The notes: generated by a model not told the origin, from the sequence alone. Positions 9,497 to 19,233 are shown, numbered from the stretch's first letter. The stretch: 51,683 bases of DNA from Gemmatimonadales bacterium (GCA_036559785.1 DATBSM010000029.1:1-51683), one strand, 5' to 3'. Program-made: numbers and translations.

Positions 9497-10372
9497 TCAG
9501 CTCAGCTCGGCCATCTCGACATGGGGCCGCTGCCCCTGCATGTGGCGCACGAGTCGGGCGGTCGTGTCGCGCAGCGAGGCACGCGGGACCACGTCATCCA
9601 CCTGGCCGTGCTCCAGGAGAAATTCGGCGGTCTGAAATCCATCCGGCAGATCCTGGCCGATTGTCTGCTTGATCACCCGCTGTCCGGCAAAGCCGATCAG
9701 GGCGCCAGGTTCGGCGAGCACCACGTCTCCCTGCATGGCAAACGACGCGGACACACCGCCGGTGGTGGGGTCGGTCAGGATCGAGATGTAGGGGATACAG
9801 TCGCGGTTGAGCTGGGCGATGACGGCTGAGGTCTTGGCCATCTGCATCAAGGCGAGAACACCCTCCTGCATGCGGGCCCCGCCGGAGGTCGAGACGATGA
9901 CCAGCGGAATCTTCTTCTCCACCGATCGCCGGGCCAGCCGGGCAATCTTCTCCCCCACCACTGAGCCCATCGAGCCGCCCATGAAGGCAAAGTTCATCAC
10001 CGCCAAATTGAACAGCAGCCCATCGATCTTGGCGGTCCCGGTGTACACCGCATCGGCTTCCCCGCCCTTCTGCCTCGCCACTTTCAGCCGATCGGCATAG
10101 TTCTCGAACCCGAGCGGATCAACCGAGCGCAGGCCACCGTACAGCTCACGCCAGGTGCCCGGGTCAGTCAGAATCTCGATGTAGTCCTCCGCGCTGATCC
10201 GCCGGTGCCAGCCGCACTCGGGGCAGACGTTTAGCGCCTTCTCGAACTTCTCACGAATGTCGATGTGGCCACATTTGTCGCACTTCTCCCACGCATCGGC
10301 CGGGATCTCCAGCCGCTCGCGCTGAGAAGTACGTGGTTTGCGTTCCTTCTTAAACCAGGCCATCACAGCCAT
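9497..10372 (-). CDS. accD: acetyl-CoA carboxylase carboxyltransferase beta subunit
   Basis: N-terminal Zn ribbon (CDKCGHIDIREKFEKALNVCPECGWH) and a carboxyltransferase domain (FAFMGGSMGSVVGEK). A second in-frame ATG at 10363 (MAWFKK) is an alternative start. Confidence 0.95.
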   Translation of the reverse strand: MAVMAWFKKERKPRTSQRERLEIPADAWEKCDKCGHIDIREKFEKALNVCPECGWHRRISAEDYIEILTDPGTWRELYGGLRSVDPLGFENYADRLKVARQKGGEADAVYTGTAKIDGLLFNLAVMNFAFMGGSMGSVVGEKIARLARRSVEKKIPLVIVSTSGGARMQEGVLALMQMAKTSAVIAQLNRDCIPYISILTDPTTGGVSASFAMQGDVVLAEPGALIGFAGQRVIKQTIGQDLPDGFQTAEFLLEHGQVDDVVPRASLRDTTARLVRHMQGQRPHVEMAELS

Positions 10373-10479
10373 AAGATACAGGTGGCGTGGAGGATAGAGG
10401 GTTCCAGGTGCGGTGGTCGAAGCGATGGAATCTCACGATTCCCTGCCTCCCGCGCTAGACCCCCGCCTCTAAGTCGCTA

Positions 10480-11721
10480 TCAGTTATCAAGATAGCCAGA
10501 TGACCTCGAGTCATATGCGACCCTCAGGGCCACTCCGAGACACAACGAACAGATGATGAAAAAGGAGCCACCATAAGAAAAAAGCGGGAGTGGAATGCCG
10601 GTGATGGGCATGAGGTTCACCGTCATACCGACGTTCTCGAACACGTGGGTGAAGAACAGACCGATGATCCCGAAGACGGCGAGACTGCTGAACGGATCGG
10701 TTGCCCGCCGTGCGATGCGAAGCAGAACCAGGAAAAGCGTCAGAAAGAGTCCCAGCGCCACCGCCACCCCAAGAAAGCCGAGCTCCTCGCCAACCACCGA
10801 GAATACAAAGTCGGTATGCTGCTCCGGCAGAAAGGCCAGGCGCTTCTGCGGACCCTCGGTGTAGCCGGTGCCAAACCAGCCGCCGGATCCGATCGCTACC
10901 CGGGATTGAATGGCATGGTAGCCTGCGGCCCGCGGATCGGCCTCGGGATTGAGGAAGGTGAGCAGCCGGTTCTGCTGGTATGGGGCCAACCGCGTCCACA
11001 GCGGCATGGCAATGGCACCCATGGCCACGTTCGCCACCAGGAACGTCGTCCAATCCCACACATACGGCCGCCACGCCATGAGGATCAACACGAATATGAT
11101 GATCCACGCACTCCAGGCCAGCGTATTGAACGCCAGGAACAGGCTGATCCCCGGAGTCGCCATCAAGAATAGCATCCGGGGGCGAACGCCAGACCAGAAC
11201 AGCATGGCGAAGAAGACCCCCACAAAGACGAGGGCGCTGCCAAGATCGGGTTGCTTGAGAACCATGAGGAACGGCACACCCACGATCAGGGCAGGGCCGA
11301 CCAGGTCCCAGAGGGAGCGGGGAGCTTCTTTGCGGCCGGAGAGAAACCTGGCCAGCATGAGCACCGTCGCCACCTTGGCCAGCTCGGAGGGCTGGCCGAT
11401 CTGATGTCCGCCGATGGAGAGCCAGCTGTGGCTGCTTTCGGCGGTTCCGGCACCGGTGCCCACCACCAGCACCACGCCCAGCAGCAGGATGCTGAAGGCG
11501 TACAGCGCGGGGGCTATCCACTCAAGGACCCGGAGCGAAATGTTGTAGACCACCCAGCAGGTTACGATCCCCACTCCAAACCAGACGATCTGGCGTTCCC
11601 ACATGCCCGCGGCCCGGGTGGGCACGTCGGTCTGGCCAGCCGAATAGAGCGTGGCCAGGCCAAACGACATGAGGGCGAGGGTGACCAGGACCAGGTTGCG
11701 GTCGACTGCAGGGCCTCTCAC
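10480..11721 (-). CDS. rodA: rod shape-determining SEDS glycosyltransferase RodA
   Basis: 413 aa polytopic FtsW/RodA/SpoVE family (LPEQHTDFVFSVVGEELGF, PITGIPLPLFSYGGS). The GTG start overlaps the mrdA stop (GTGA). Confidence 0.93.
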   Translation of the reverse strand: MRGPAVDRNLVLVTLALMSFGLATLYSAGQTDVPTRAAGMWERQIVWFGVGIVTCWVVYNISLRVLEWIAPALYAFSILLLGVVLVVGTGAGTAESSHSWLSIGGHQIGQPSELAKVATVLMLARFLSGRKEAPRSLWDLVGPALIVGVPFLMVLKQPDLGSALVFVGVFFAMLFWSGVRPRMLFLMATPGISLFLAFNTLAWSAWIIIFVLILMAWRPYVWDWTTFLVANVAMGAIAMPLWTRLAPYQQNRLLTFLNPEADPRAAGYHAIQSRVAIGSGGWFGTGYTEGPQKRLAFLPEQHTDFVFSVVGEELGFLGVAVALGLFLTLFLVLLRIARRATDPFSSLAVFGIIGLFFTHVFENVGMTVNLMPITGIPLPLFSYGGSFFIICSLCLGVALRVAYDSRSSGYLDN

Positions 11722-13604
11722 TGGTTGCCCTCGGCGCGTCGCAGCGAGTCTGTGGCGGCGCGCGCGGCGGCAGAGTCGGGATCGAGCTCAAGGGGCCGGG
11801 GCGCGGCATCTCCCGAGGTCAGCGATTCGTCGAGCAGCACACCGAGCTTCACGGGACCAACGGCGTCCGGTCCGAGGATGTAGCGCCGCAGCGTCCGGAC
11901 CACGTACGGCGCCACGGTGGTGCCGTGCTTGGCGAACTCCATGATCCCTCCCACTACCAGTTCCGGCTTGTCGGCAGGCGCAAAGCCGATGAACCAACCA
12001 TGGTCATCGCCATGGGGATTCTGCGCCGTCCCGGTCTTGCCGGCCACCGCCAGGTCGGCCCGGCGGTTCGCCGACGCAGTGCCGCGCTCCACTACCGCGA
12101 TGAGCGCGTTGCGCAGCCCGTCGAGCTCCCTGGTGGAGAGCCCCAGCGATCTGCCTTTTCCCGAGCTGGGGTGCACGATATAGGGAGTGAGGGCCACACC
12201 CGGCCCGGCCAGGCCCTGATAGAACTTGACCATGTTGATCAGCGTCTGGGTGTTCTCACCCTGGCCAATGGAGAAGTTCAGCGTGGTGCCCGGCGGACTC
12301 CAATATCGCGGTCCGTACAGCCGGTCGAAGTACGCCTTGGAGGAAGGCCAGATGGGGCTCAGCTCGTCCTCGAGATCTATCCCGCTCTTGTCCCGAAATC
12401 CCATGAAGATGCCATCCTGGATGATGGCATCGAGCCCCAGCTGCAGCCCGAGCTGGTAGAAGTAGACGTCGCAGCTCGCAGCCACTGCCCCGATGAGGTC
12501 GAGGCTGCCGTGGCCCTCCTTCTTCCAGCAGCGGAACACCCGGTTGCCCAGTCGCATGCCGCCGCGGCATGGCTCCGGCATCCTCGTACTCAGCTTGATC
12601 AGGCCGCGTTTCAGCGCCATGGCCGAGATCGCGAGCTTGAAGGGCGAGGCGGGAGGGTAGCGAGCCTGCATCACCCGGTTGAGGAGTGGTCGGGCGGGAT
12701 CGTTGTTCAGCTTGCGCCATTCGGCCGAAGTGATGCCGCCGACGAACTGATTGGGATCGAAAGTGGGCGCGGAGTACAGTGCCCGGACCTCGCCCTTGGG
12801 CGTCAGGGCGACCATGGCGCCGCGCACGCCAGCCGGCCAGATGCTGTCGATGAACTGCTGGAGTTCGAGGTCAATGGTCGTGGTGATGGGATTCCCCGGC
12901 GTCGGCGGCAGCGCGGCCGAGGCAGCACCCTCCCGGACCAGGCGACCACGGGCGTTCACCTCGATGTAGTGCACCCCTTCATTGCCCCGCAGCGTATCGT
13001 CGTACTCCCGCTCGAGCCCGGCCTTCCCGACAATGGATCCGAGGACGGCCCCCGGGTATTTGTCGGCGCTCAGATCGGCTTCGGTGACCTCGGAGACGTA
13101 GCCGGCCAGGTGCCCGACCGATTTACCCGCAGGGTACAACCGCTTGGGTTCGGCCTGAATCACCAGTCCCGGCAACACCGACCGGTGCTCCTCGAGCCTG
13201 GCAATGACCTCGAACGACGCGTCGCCGAAGATGAGTGCCGGCTGATAGCGGGCCCGCTGAAAGCGCTCGACGATGTCGGTTACCTGCGCGCTGTCCACCG
13301 GCACGAAACGCCGCACCCTGGCGATGACTGCCCGCAGCGAATCGGTCGACGGAGCCAGGAGCTTTACCGAGTAGCCGGGCACATTCTCGGCGATGATGCG
13401 TCCATTGCGGTCGAGGATCGATCCCCGGGGCGGAGTCAAAGAAATCGGCCGCAGGCGGTTGGTCTCGGCCTTGAGCTGGAACTTGCTGTGCTGGATCACC
13501 TGGGTCCGGAAGAAGGCGCCGCAGAGCACCACGAAGGCAACGATCAGGATCATCCGGGCGATATCGGCCCGGTGGCGGAGCCGATATGAATCGAAGCCGT
13601 TCAT
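11718..13604 (-). CDS. mrdA: penicillin-binding protein 2 (elongasome transpeptidase)
   Basis: 628 aa. RGSILDRNGRIIAEN, an SxxK-type motif (PPASPFK), KTGTA, and a position between mreD and rodA. Confidence 0.95.
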   Translation of the reverse strand: MNGFDSYRLRHRADIARMILIVAFVVLCGAFFRTQVIQHSKFQLKAETNRLRPISLTPPRGSILDRNGRIIAENVPGYSVKLLAPSTDSLRAVIARVRRFVPVDSAQVTDIVERFQRARYQPALIFGDASFEVIARLEEHRSVLPGLVIQAEPKRLYPAGKSVGHLAGYVSEVTEADLSADKYPGAVLGSIVGKAGLEREYDDTLRGNEGVHYIEVNARGRLVREGAASAALPPTPGNPITTTIDLELQQFIDSIWPAGVRGAMVALTPKGEVRALYSAPTFDPNQFVGGITSAEWRKLNNDPARPLLNRVMQARYPPASPFKLAISAMALKRGLIKLSTRMPEPCRGGMRLGNRVFRCWKKEGHGSLDLIGAVAASCDVYFYQLGLQLGLDAIIQDGIFMGFRDKSGIDLEDELSPIWPSSKAYFDRLYGPRYWSPPGTTLNFSIGQGENTQTLINMVKFYQGLAGPGVALTPYIVHPSSGKGRSLGLSTRELDGLRNALIAVVERGTASANRRADLAVAGKTGTAQNPHGDDHGWFIGFAPADKPELVVGGIMEFAKHGTTVAPYVVRTLRRYILGPDAVGPVKLGVLLDESLTSGDAAPRPLELDPDSAAARAATDSLRRAEGNQ

Positions 13605-14098
13605 GCGTCGAGCCGGACGGAAAAAATACTGCGGAACATGATCAGCACGATGAGGGCGAGGCCCGCTGTCGTCAGCGCCTGCAAGGGGCTGTAGATGGTC
13701 AGCTCGGTGATGATCTGGCGGTGGTCAGTTCCGCTCGTCACCAACACGATGAGGTCTCGCAGCCACAGGCCAGCCGCCACGAAGCCCGCGTTGACCAGCA
13801 TGTTGTCGGCAAAGAACACCGCACGTCCCCAGGATGCCAGATAGGCGACCAGGGTGTGAGCCAGGGCGCCCGCACCAAACCTGGCGGGCGTCAGCGTGTC
13901 GGCAATGAGCCCGACGGCAAAGCCGGCCAGAGCTGCCAGACCCGGCCTGCTGCGCATGGCAAAGAGCATCAGGGCGATCAACAGAAAGTCAGGGCTGATC
14001 CGCGCGTCCCAGAGACGGGGGCGCACGTAAAACTGAAGCGCCACGAGCAGGAGCATCACCAGCAGCAGCTGGACCCGGCTTACCCGGTTAGTGCTCAT
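13601..14098 (-). CDS. mreD: rod shape-determining protein MreD
   Basis: 165-aa polytopic membrane protein (MSTNRVSRVQLLLVMLLLV...). The ATG at 14098 overlaps the mreC stop (ATGA). The longer ORF-track start at 14440 lies inside mreC. Called mainly from position in the mreBCD cluster. Confidence 0.8.
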   Translation of the reverse strand: MSTNRVSRVQLLLVMLLLVALQFYVRPRLWDARISPDFLLIALMLFAMRSRPGLAALAGFAVGLIADTLTPARFGAGALAHTLVAYLASWGRAVFFADNMLVNAGFVAAGLWLRDLIVLVTSGTDHRQIITELTIYSPLQALTTAGLALIVLIMFRSIFSVRLDA

Positions 14099-15162
14099 GG
14101 GGCCGAGTCCTTTGGCGCTGGGACTGGACCGCTCGAGGTGCCGCCCTGCATCGGCGACGGCGGAGTGCCACCCTGGATCGGGGAAGGCGGGGTACGGCGC
14201 GGGGCCGGAGCGGCTCCCGCCAACGAGTCCCGCCGCGCGGCCCGTGCGTTTCGGATGGCCTGTGCCGCCGAGTCGGCCCGGCGCAGGCGGGCGATCGAGT
14301 CGAGCCGCAGTGCCTCCAGCAGTGAGTCGCTGGGAAAGGCGCCGGCGAGATCCCGGGCCTGAGGGCCGCTCACCAGCACGAGGACGTGAGCCGCGGATGC
14401 CGGGTTGGCCGCGGGACGCAGCCGATACACTCGCTCCCAACCCGCCTCTTCCCGGACGGTACCAATGACGGTCCCCACCGGAATTCCCTTGGGAAACACG
14501 CCGCCAAGGCCGGAGGAGAGCACCAGGGTTCCAAGCGGTACGGAGTCGCGATACGGCACGCCGCGGAACTCCAGCGCCCCTTCTCCGTTGCGGCCCTCGT
14601 TAGAGGGCGCCACCACCCCGAAGGCATTGCCGCTTACGGTGAAGGCGCTGACGCGAAACTCCGGGTGCGCCCACGACATCGCCACGCTGCTGTTCCCCGA
14701 GACGCTGGAGACCATGCCGATCAGTCCCTCAGGCGCAACCACCGGGCTGAACAGCATCACACCCTGCCGCGACCCCGCGCTCAGGAGCAGCGTCCGTCCA
14801 TCCATCGCCTGCGGCTGATGAAGCACCTCAGCCGGGATGTAGCCGGTATTGACTCTGCGGCTCAGCCGGAGGAGCTGGCGCAAGCGCTCGTTCTCGGCCC
14901 GAAGCGAGGGGAGAAACTGCGACAGATAGGCGGTGGAATCGCGCTCGAAGGTGACCTGGCGGAACCGCACCCGGCTGGTGCGCCCCTCTTCCGCCCGAGT
15001 CTGGAGCCAGACCAGGGGGAACAGCACCGTCTCGCGGAGCGTGTCGGCCACGCTGCGCCCCCAGGGAACGGGGGAGAAGAGCCCAAACAGCGAGAGGCCG
15101 AGACAGAGCAGGAAGAGCGCTGTGTCCCGGCGTGAATAACGGCGATCTGACGTGCTGATCAT
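14095..15162 (-). CDS. mreC: rod shape-determining protein MreC
   Basis: N-terminal TM helix, coiled coil (LRAENERLRQLLRL), beta-barrel region (GLGGVFPKGIPVGTV), and a Pro-rich C-terminal tail. Confidence 0.9.
   Translation of the reverse strand: MISTSDRRYSRRDTALFLLCLGLSLFGLFSPVPWGRSVADTLRETVLFPLVWLQTRAEEGRTSRVRFRQVTFERDSTAYLSQFLPSLRAENERLRQLLRLSRRVNTGYIPAEVLHQPQAMDGRTLLLSAGSRQGVMLFSPVVAPEGLIGMVSSVSGNSSVAMSWAHPEFRVSAFTVSGNAFGVVAPSNEGRNGEGALEFRGVPYRDSVPLGTLVLSSGLGGVFPKGIPVGTVIGTVREEAGWERVYRLRPAANPASAAHVLVLVSGPQARDLAGAFPSDSLLEALRLDSIARLRRADSAAQAIRNARAARRDSLAGAAPAPRRTPPSPIQGGTPPSPMQGGTSSGPVPAPKDSAP
14140..14193 (-). repeat. In-frame tandem 27-nt duplication in the mreC 3' tail (encodes TPPSPIQGG / TPPSPMQGG)
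   Basis: 14140-14166 and 14167-14193 align base for base with about 7 substitutions. They are translated as two 9-aa repeats. Confidence 0.8.
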
Positions 15163-15164
15163 GC

Positions 15165-16202
15165 TCAGGACGACAGCACGCTGCGGTATTTCTCGAAGTC
15201 GTCCAGGATCCGGCCAGTCCCGCGGACGACGCAGGTCAGCGGATCCTCGTCAACGTGGATGGGAAGTCCGGTCTCCTGGGCGAGAAGCAGGTCCAGTCCT
15301 CGAATCAGCGCGCCGCCGCCGGTCATGACGATTCCCCGGTCGACGATGTCGCTGGCGAGCTCCGGTGGCGTGATTTCGAGCGCGCGACGTACCGCATCCA
15401 CGATCTGTTGAATGGGCTCTTGAACCGCTTCCCGGATCTCGGTCGAGTGCACCCGCACCGTCTTGGGGATGCCGGACACGAGGTCCCGGCCCTTTACTTC
15501 CATCTCCCGTTCGTCGCCGGTGGGCGCGGCGGAGCCGATCTTGATCTTGATGGCCTCCGCGGTGGGCTCTCCGACCAGCAGGTTGTAGTTCTTGCGCATG
15601 AACTGGACGATCGCCTGATCGAGCTCATCGCCGCCGGTGCGGATAGATGTATCGGAGACAATGCCGGACAGGGCGATGACCGCGATCTCCGTGGTGCCCC
15701 CTCCGATATCGATGACCATGTTCCCGGTAGGCGTCTCCACCGGCAGGCCGACGCCGATCGCCGCGGCCATCGGCTCGGCCACCATGAGGACCTGTTTGGC
15801 CCCAGCGGTCTCCGCCGAGTCCCGCACCGCGCGACGCTCGACTTCGGTAATCCCCGAGGGCACGCAGACGATCACTTTCGGCTTGACCCGGAACACATGC
15901 TTGTCGATGATCGTCTTGAGAAAGTAGCGCAGCATCTTTTCGGTGACATCGAAGTCGGCGATGACCCCGTCCTTGAGCGGCCGTACCGCCAGGATCCCGT
16001 CCGGCGTCCGGCCCAGCATCCGCTTGGCCTCGAGACCGATGCCCTTGATCTTGCCGGTAGCCTTCTCGATGGCCACCACCGAGGGCTCGTTGAGCACGAT
16101 CCCTTCGCCTTTGACGTAGATGAGGGTGTTGGCCGTACCGAGATCAACCGCGATTTCATTGGCGGGCAACCAGGACATCAGATTCAAACCGGGAAATTTC
16201 AT
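15165..16202 (-). CDS. mreB: actin-like rod shape-determining protein MreB
   Basis: IAVDLGTANTLIYVKGEGIVLNEPSVVA, VIDIGGGTTEIAVI, GIVMTGGGALIRGLD. ATG at 16202, with ATG 16178 an alternative. The ORF-track start at 16349 overlaps dut. Confidence 0.97.
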   Translation of the reverse strand: MKFPGLNLMSWLPANEIAVDLGTANTLIYVKGEGIVLNEPSVVAIEKATGKIKGIGLEAKRMLGRTPDGILAVRPLKDGVIADFDVTEKMLRYFLKTIIDKHVFRVKPKVIVCVPSGITEVERRAVRDSAETAGAKQVLMVAEPMAAAIGVGLPVETPTGNMVIDIGGGTTEIAVIALSGIVSDTSIRTGGDELDQAIVQFMRKNYNLLVGEPTAEAIKIKIGSAAPTGDEREMEVKGRDLVSGIPKTVRVHSTEIREAVQEPIQQIVDAVRRALEITPPELASDIVDRGIVMTGGGALIRGLDLLLAQETGLPIHVDEDPLTCVVRGTGRILDDFEKYRSVLSS

Positions 16203-16275
16203 CGAGGAGCCGCTGGGCACATGGGTTGTGAAGGTACTCGGGCGCCTTGCCGACTGGTAGCGGGTCGTGTCCCCT

Positions 16276-16740
16276 TTACGTGCCGCTGCTTCCGAATCCA
16301 CCTGTGCCTCGTGCGGTAGGGGGCAACTCTTCGACTGGGTGGAAAGCAACTCGCTCTACTCGCGCAACGATCATCTGGGCGATGCGCATGCCCCGCGTGA
16401 CCTGAAACGTGGTGGAGCCCAGATTCACCAGCGCCACCATCAGCTCGCCCCGGTAGTCGCTGTCGATGGTGGCTGGGGTGTTCGGCAGCGTGATGCCGTG
16501 CCGGAGTGCCAGGCCTGACCGGGGCCGCAGCTGGCACTCATACCCCACCGGAACCGCAATGCTGAAACCAGTCCGAAAGAGCTTTCGCTCGAACGGCGCC
16601 AGCTCACCGTCTTCGGCGCTGGCCAGATCGTAGCCGGCCGAACCCGGGGTGGCAGAGCTGGGAAGCGGGAGCCCCTCAGCATGGGGGAGGCGCGCGATCA
16701 GCACCTCCACCGCGGCCTCGGACAGCACCCGCTCAGACAA
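16276..16740 (-). CDS. dut: dUTP diphosphatase
   Basis: 154 aa. GSAGYDL, RPRSGLALRHGI, IDSDYRGEL, and a GFGSSG tail. The TTG start overlaps the ald stop by 8 nt. The GTG at 16728 is an alternative start. Confidence 0.94.
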   Translation of the reverse strand: MSERVLSEAAVEVLIARLPHAEGLPLPSSATPGSAGYDLASAEDGELAPFERKLFRTGFSIAVPVGYECQLRPRSGLALRHGITLPNTPATIDSDYRGELMVALVNLGSTTFQVTRGMRIAQMIVARVERVAFHPVEELPPTARGTGGFGSSGT

Positions 16741-17845
16741 CGCTGTTGACGTCGGTCAGGGGAAGACGGAAGGCTTCGGCCACCCCCGGATACACCACCT
16801 TGCCCTCGACGACGTTCAGGCCGAGCCTTAACGCATTATCGGACTTGCACGCCGCACGCCAGCCGAGCTTGGCGAGCTTAAGTCCGTATGGCAGCGTAGC
16901 ATTGGTGAGGGCCAGGGTAGAGGTCCGGGGGACGCCGCCCGGCATATTTGCGACGGCATAGTGCAGAATGCCGTCTACGAAGTAGGTGGGGTTTTCGTGG
17001 GTCGTGGGCTTGATGGTCTCGACGCACCCGCCCTGGTCGACCGCCACATCTACAATGACCGACCCAGGCTTCATCAGCTTGAGGTCGGCCCGCTTGACCA
17101 GATGGGGGGCTTTGGCGCCCGGAAGGAGCACCGCCCCCACCACCAGGTCGGCCCGCCGGATAGCATCCAAAATATTGTGACGGTTGGAGTAGACGGTATC
17201 CACGTTGGCGGGAAGCACGTCGGCCAGGTACCGCAGCCGGTCCAGGGAGATGTCCAGGATCGTCACGTGGGCGCCGAGGCCAGCGGCCATCTTGGCGGCA
17301 TTGATACCGACCACCCCGCCGCCGATGATTGCGACCTCCCCGGGGGCCACCCCGGGCACCCCACCCAGCAGAATGCCGCTTCCTCCGAAGACCTTCTCCA
17401 GATACTTGGCGCCTTCCTGCACCGCCATCCGGCCGGCCACCTCGGACATCGGCGTGAGCAGCGGCAGCTCCCCGCTGTCCAGCTGCACGGTCTCGTAGGC
17501 CACCGCGACGGCCCCCGAGGCGATGACCGCCCGGGTGAGATCCTCGGCTGCGGCGAAGTGGAAATAGGTGTAGATCAGTTGGCCCCGGCGCATGCGGGGC
17601 CATTCGACGGCAATCGGCTCCTTGACCTTCATGATCATCTCGGCCTGCTGCCAGACTGCGTCGGCAGTCGGCAGAATCGTGGCCCCAACGCCCCGATATG
17701 CGTCATCGGAGAATCCGCTTCCCGACCCGGCCCCCTGCTCCACCAGGACGGAATGTCCCGCCGCTGTCAACGCCTCGGCTCCGGCCGGCACCAGCGCGAT
17801 ACGATTCTCGTTGGTCTTGATCTCCTTCGGGACGCCGATCTTCAT
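16733..17845 (-). CDS. ald: alanine dehydrogenase
   Basis: [22 protein letters not shown], Rossmann motif [14 protein letters not shown]. The ATG at 17845 is preceded by AGGAG. Confidence 0.95.
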   Translation of the reverse strand: MKIGVPKEIKTNENRIALVPAGAEALTAAGHSVLVEQGAGSGSGFSDDAYRGVGATILPTADAVWQQAEMIMKVKEPIAVEWPRMRRGQLIYTYFHFAAAEDLTRAVIASGAVAVAYETVQLDSGELPLLTPMSEVAGRMAVQEGAKYLEKVFGGSGILLGGVPGVAPGEVAIIGGGVVGINAAKMAAGLGAHVTILDISLDRLRYLADVLPANVDTVYSNRHNILDAIRRADLVVGAVLLPGAKAPHLVKRADLKLMKPGSVIVDVAVDQGGCVETIKPTTHENPTYFVDGILHYAVANMPGGVPRTSTLALTNATLPYGLKLAKLGWRAACKSDNALRLGLNVVEGKVVYPGVAEAFRLPLTDVNSVV

Positions 17846-17886
17846 GGACTCCTCTTGAGTGACGGCTTCGGTTAAAAAGCGTGGCC

Positions 17887-17979
17887 GGTGAGCGGTAAGC
17901 GGTGAGCGGGTGCGCAAGAGACCAGGGTAACGTTACGGAGTATCCGCCAGCATTCCCCGCTTACCGCTCACCGCTTACC
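17887..17979. repeat. Inverted repeat whose arms are tandem heptamer arrays (GGTGAGC GGTAAGC GGTGAGC ... GCTTACC GCTCACC GCTTACC)
   Basis: Left arm 17887-17907, right arm 17959-17979. 18/21 complementary in register, or 14/14 perfect in either of two 7-nt-slipped registers. A5 at 17874-17878 and T5 at 17981-17985 flank it. The right arm contains the M16 peptidase stop (17968-17970). Confidence 0.85.
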
Positions 17980-19233
17980 GTTTTTCGGCCCCAAACGTAC
18001 AACGGTTTGCCTTTCAGGGGCGAAGAACTCCCCGGCGACAGCAGCGACCTCCTCGGAAGTCACGGCATCGATCTCGCGCAGCATCTCATCCAGCGGCCGG
18101 TAACGGTCATCGTGCAGGATGAAGCCCGCCAGCCGGCCCATGCGAGCGGCCGGGCTTTCCAAAGAGAGCATCACCTGGCCCTTGAGCTGCTGCTTGCCGT
18201 TGACCAGCTCGGTCATCGGTAGTCCTTCCCGCGCCAGGCGGGCATACTCCCCACGGATCGCCTCTGCCGCTTGGTCGGCTGTCGCCGGCTGGGTACCGAC
18301 GTAGACACCCAGCTGCCCCGAGCCCTGGTAGAAGTGCTTGTAGGCGAAGATGGCATAGGCGAGCCCCAGCTCCTCCCGGACCCGCTGGAAGAGGCGGCTG
18401 GACATGCCGCCGCCAAAGGCATTCGTCAGGATGGCCAGCGGGAAGCGCCGCGGATCGCGCAGCGGGAAGGTGTCCGTGCCGAACACGATATGGGTCTGCG
18501 CGGTGTCCCGTTCCTCGGCGCGGCTGGCACCCTGAACGGCAGGAGCCGGGGTAACGGCCTCACGAGGGGGCTCGGGAGCAGTGCCCTCGAACCACCCTTC
18601 CCGCTCCAAAGCGGTGAGCAGCTGATCGTGGTCAACGTGTCCCGCCGCGGCGATCACGCAGTTCCCCCGGTAATAGCCGTTTCGGTGCAGGACCTTCAGA
18701 TCCTCGGCCGAGAGGGCGGCAAGCGATTCCGGGGTGCCGAGAATGGAGTACCCGTACGGATGCTCCGGCCAGAGCGTCTCCGCGTGCATCTCGAACACGA
18801 GGTCGTCCGGCGTGTCGGCGACCCCGCTGATCTCCTCCAGAATCACATTACGCTCGGGCTCCAGGTCGCTGGCGCGCAGAAGGGGCCAACGCACCAGGTC
18901 GGTGAGGATTTCGACCGCCAGCGGCAGATCGGCGTCGAGCACATGAGCTTGATAGCTGGTGTAGTCGCGTCCGGTAAAGGCATCCAGTCCCCCGCCCCGG
19001 ATCTCCAGCCCTAGCGCGAGCTCCTGGGCGGTCCGGCGTTCGGTGCCCTTGAAAACCATGTGCTCGAGCAGATGAGAGATTCCCAACTGGCGGCGCGGCT
19101 CATGGGCGGAGGCGGTGCGGACGTAAATACCAACTGCCACCGAACGGACCCCTGGTAACGTCTCGCTGAGAACGACCAGTCCGTTCGGCGCAGTGGTGCG
19201 GCGCAACCCTTCGTCGAGTTCAACCGTTTCCAC
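17968..19233 (-). CDS. M16-family zinc metallopeptidase (insulinase/pitrilysin-like)
   Basis: 421 aa. Inverted zinc motif HLLEHMVFKGT and an M16 N+C domain layout, located downstream of pnp. Confidence 0.9.
   Translation of the reverse strand: METVELDEGLRRTTAPNGLVVLSETLPGVRSVAVGIYVRTASAHEPRRQLGISHLLEHMVFKGTERRTAQELALGLEIRGGGLDAFTGRDYTSYQAHVLDADLPLAVEILTDLVRWPLLRASDLEPERNVILEEISGVADTPDDLVFEMHAETLWPEHPYGYSILGTPESLAALSAEDLKVLHRNGYYRGNCVIAAAGHVDHDQLLTALEREGWFEGTAPEPPREAVTPAPAVQGASRAEERDTAQTHIVFGTDTFPLRDPRRFPLAILTNAFGGGMSSRLFQRVREELGLAYAIFAYKHFYQGSGQLGVYVGTQPATADQAAEAIRGEYARLAREGLPMTELVNGKQQLKGQVMLSLESPAARMGRLAGFILHDDRYRPLDEMLREIDAVTSEEVAAVAGEFFAPERQTVVRLGPKNGKR

Noticed and set aside
10373-10479. 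The rodA-accD spacer was checked for the same array-hairpin architecture
   Set aside because: It has only a purine-rich then pyrimidine-rich asymmetry, a 6-bp GGAATC/GATTCC hairpin and scattered TAGAGG/GGAGG matches. There is no clear periodic array and no extended complementarity.
11925-13589. 554-aa plus-strand ORF antisense to mrdA. Similar long antisense ORFs occur at 30433-32055, 26402-27721, 43187-44410, 28006-29169, 19363-20493 and 15255-16319.
   Set aside because: All lie opposite strongly recognisable genes. They are Arg/Gly/Pro/His-rich with no domain signatures and are the expected stop-codon-poor antisense frames in high-GC DNA.
14099-14440. Long N-terminal extensions offered by the ORF track, for example mreD to 14440, mreB to 16349, cdsA to 25508, rpsO to 21957, aroA to 41487, rplM to 30105, larB to 1340 and guaA to 4297
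   Set aside because: The extensions overlap the upstream gene, are Arg/Pro/Gly-rich, and are absent from the conserved family N-termini. An internal start coinciding with the upstream stop codon explains each case.
17887-17907. The GGTRAGC units resemble the eukaryotic 5' splice-site consensus (GGTRAG)
   Set aside because: This is a bacterial context with no intron features. The resemblance is a coincidence of a short motif.
17887-17979. Could the short tandem arrays be CRISPR arrays or minisatellites?
   Set aside because: The units are 7-9 nt and directly abutting with no spacers, with only 3-5 copies and no cas genes, so they are not CRISPR. They are reported as repeats and hairpins instead.
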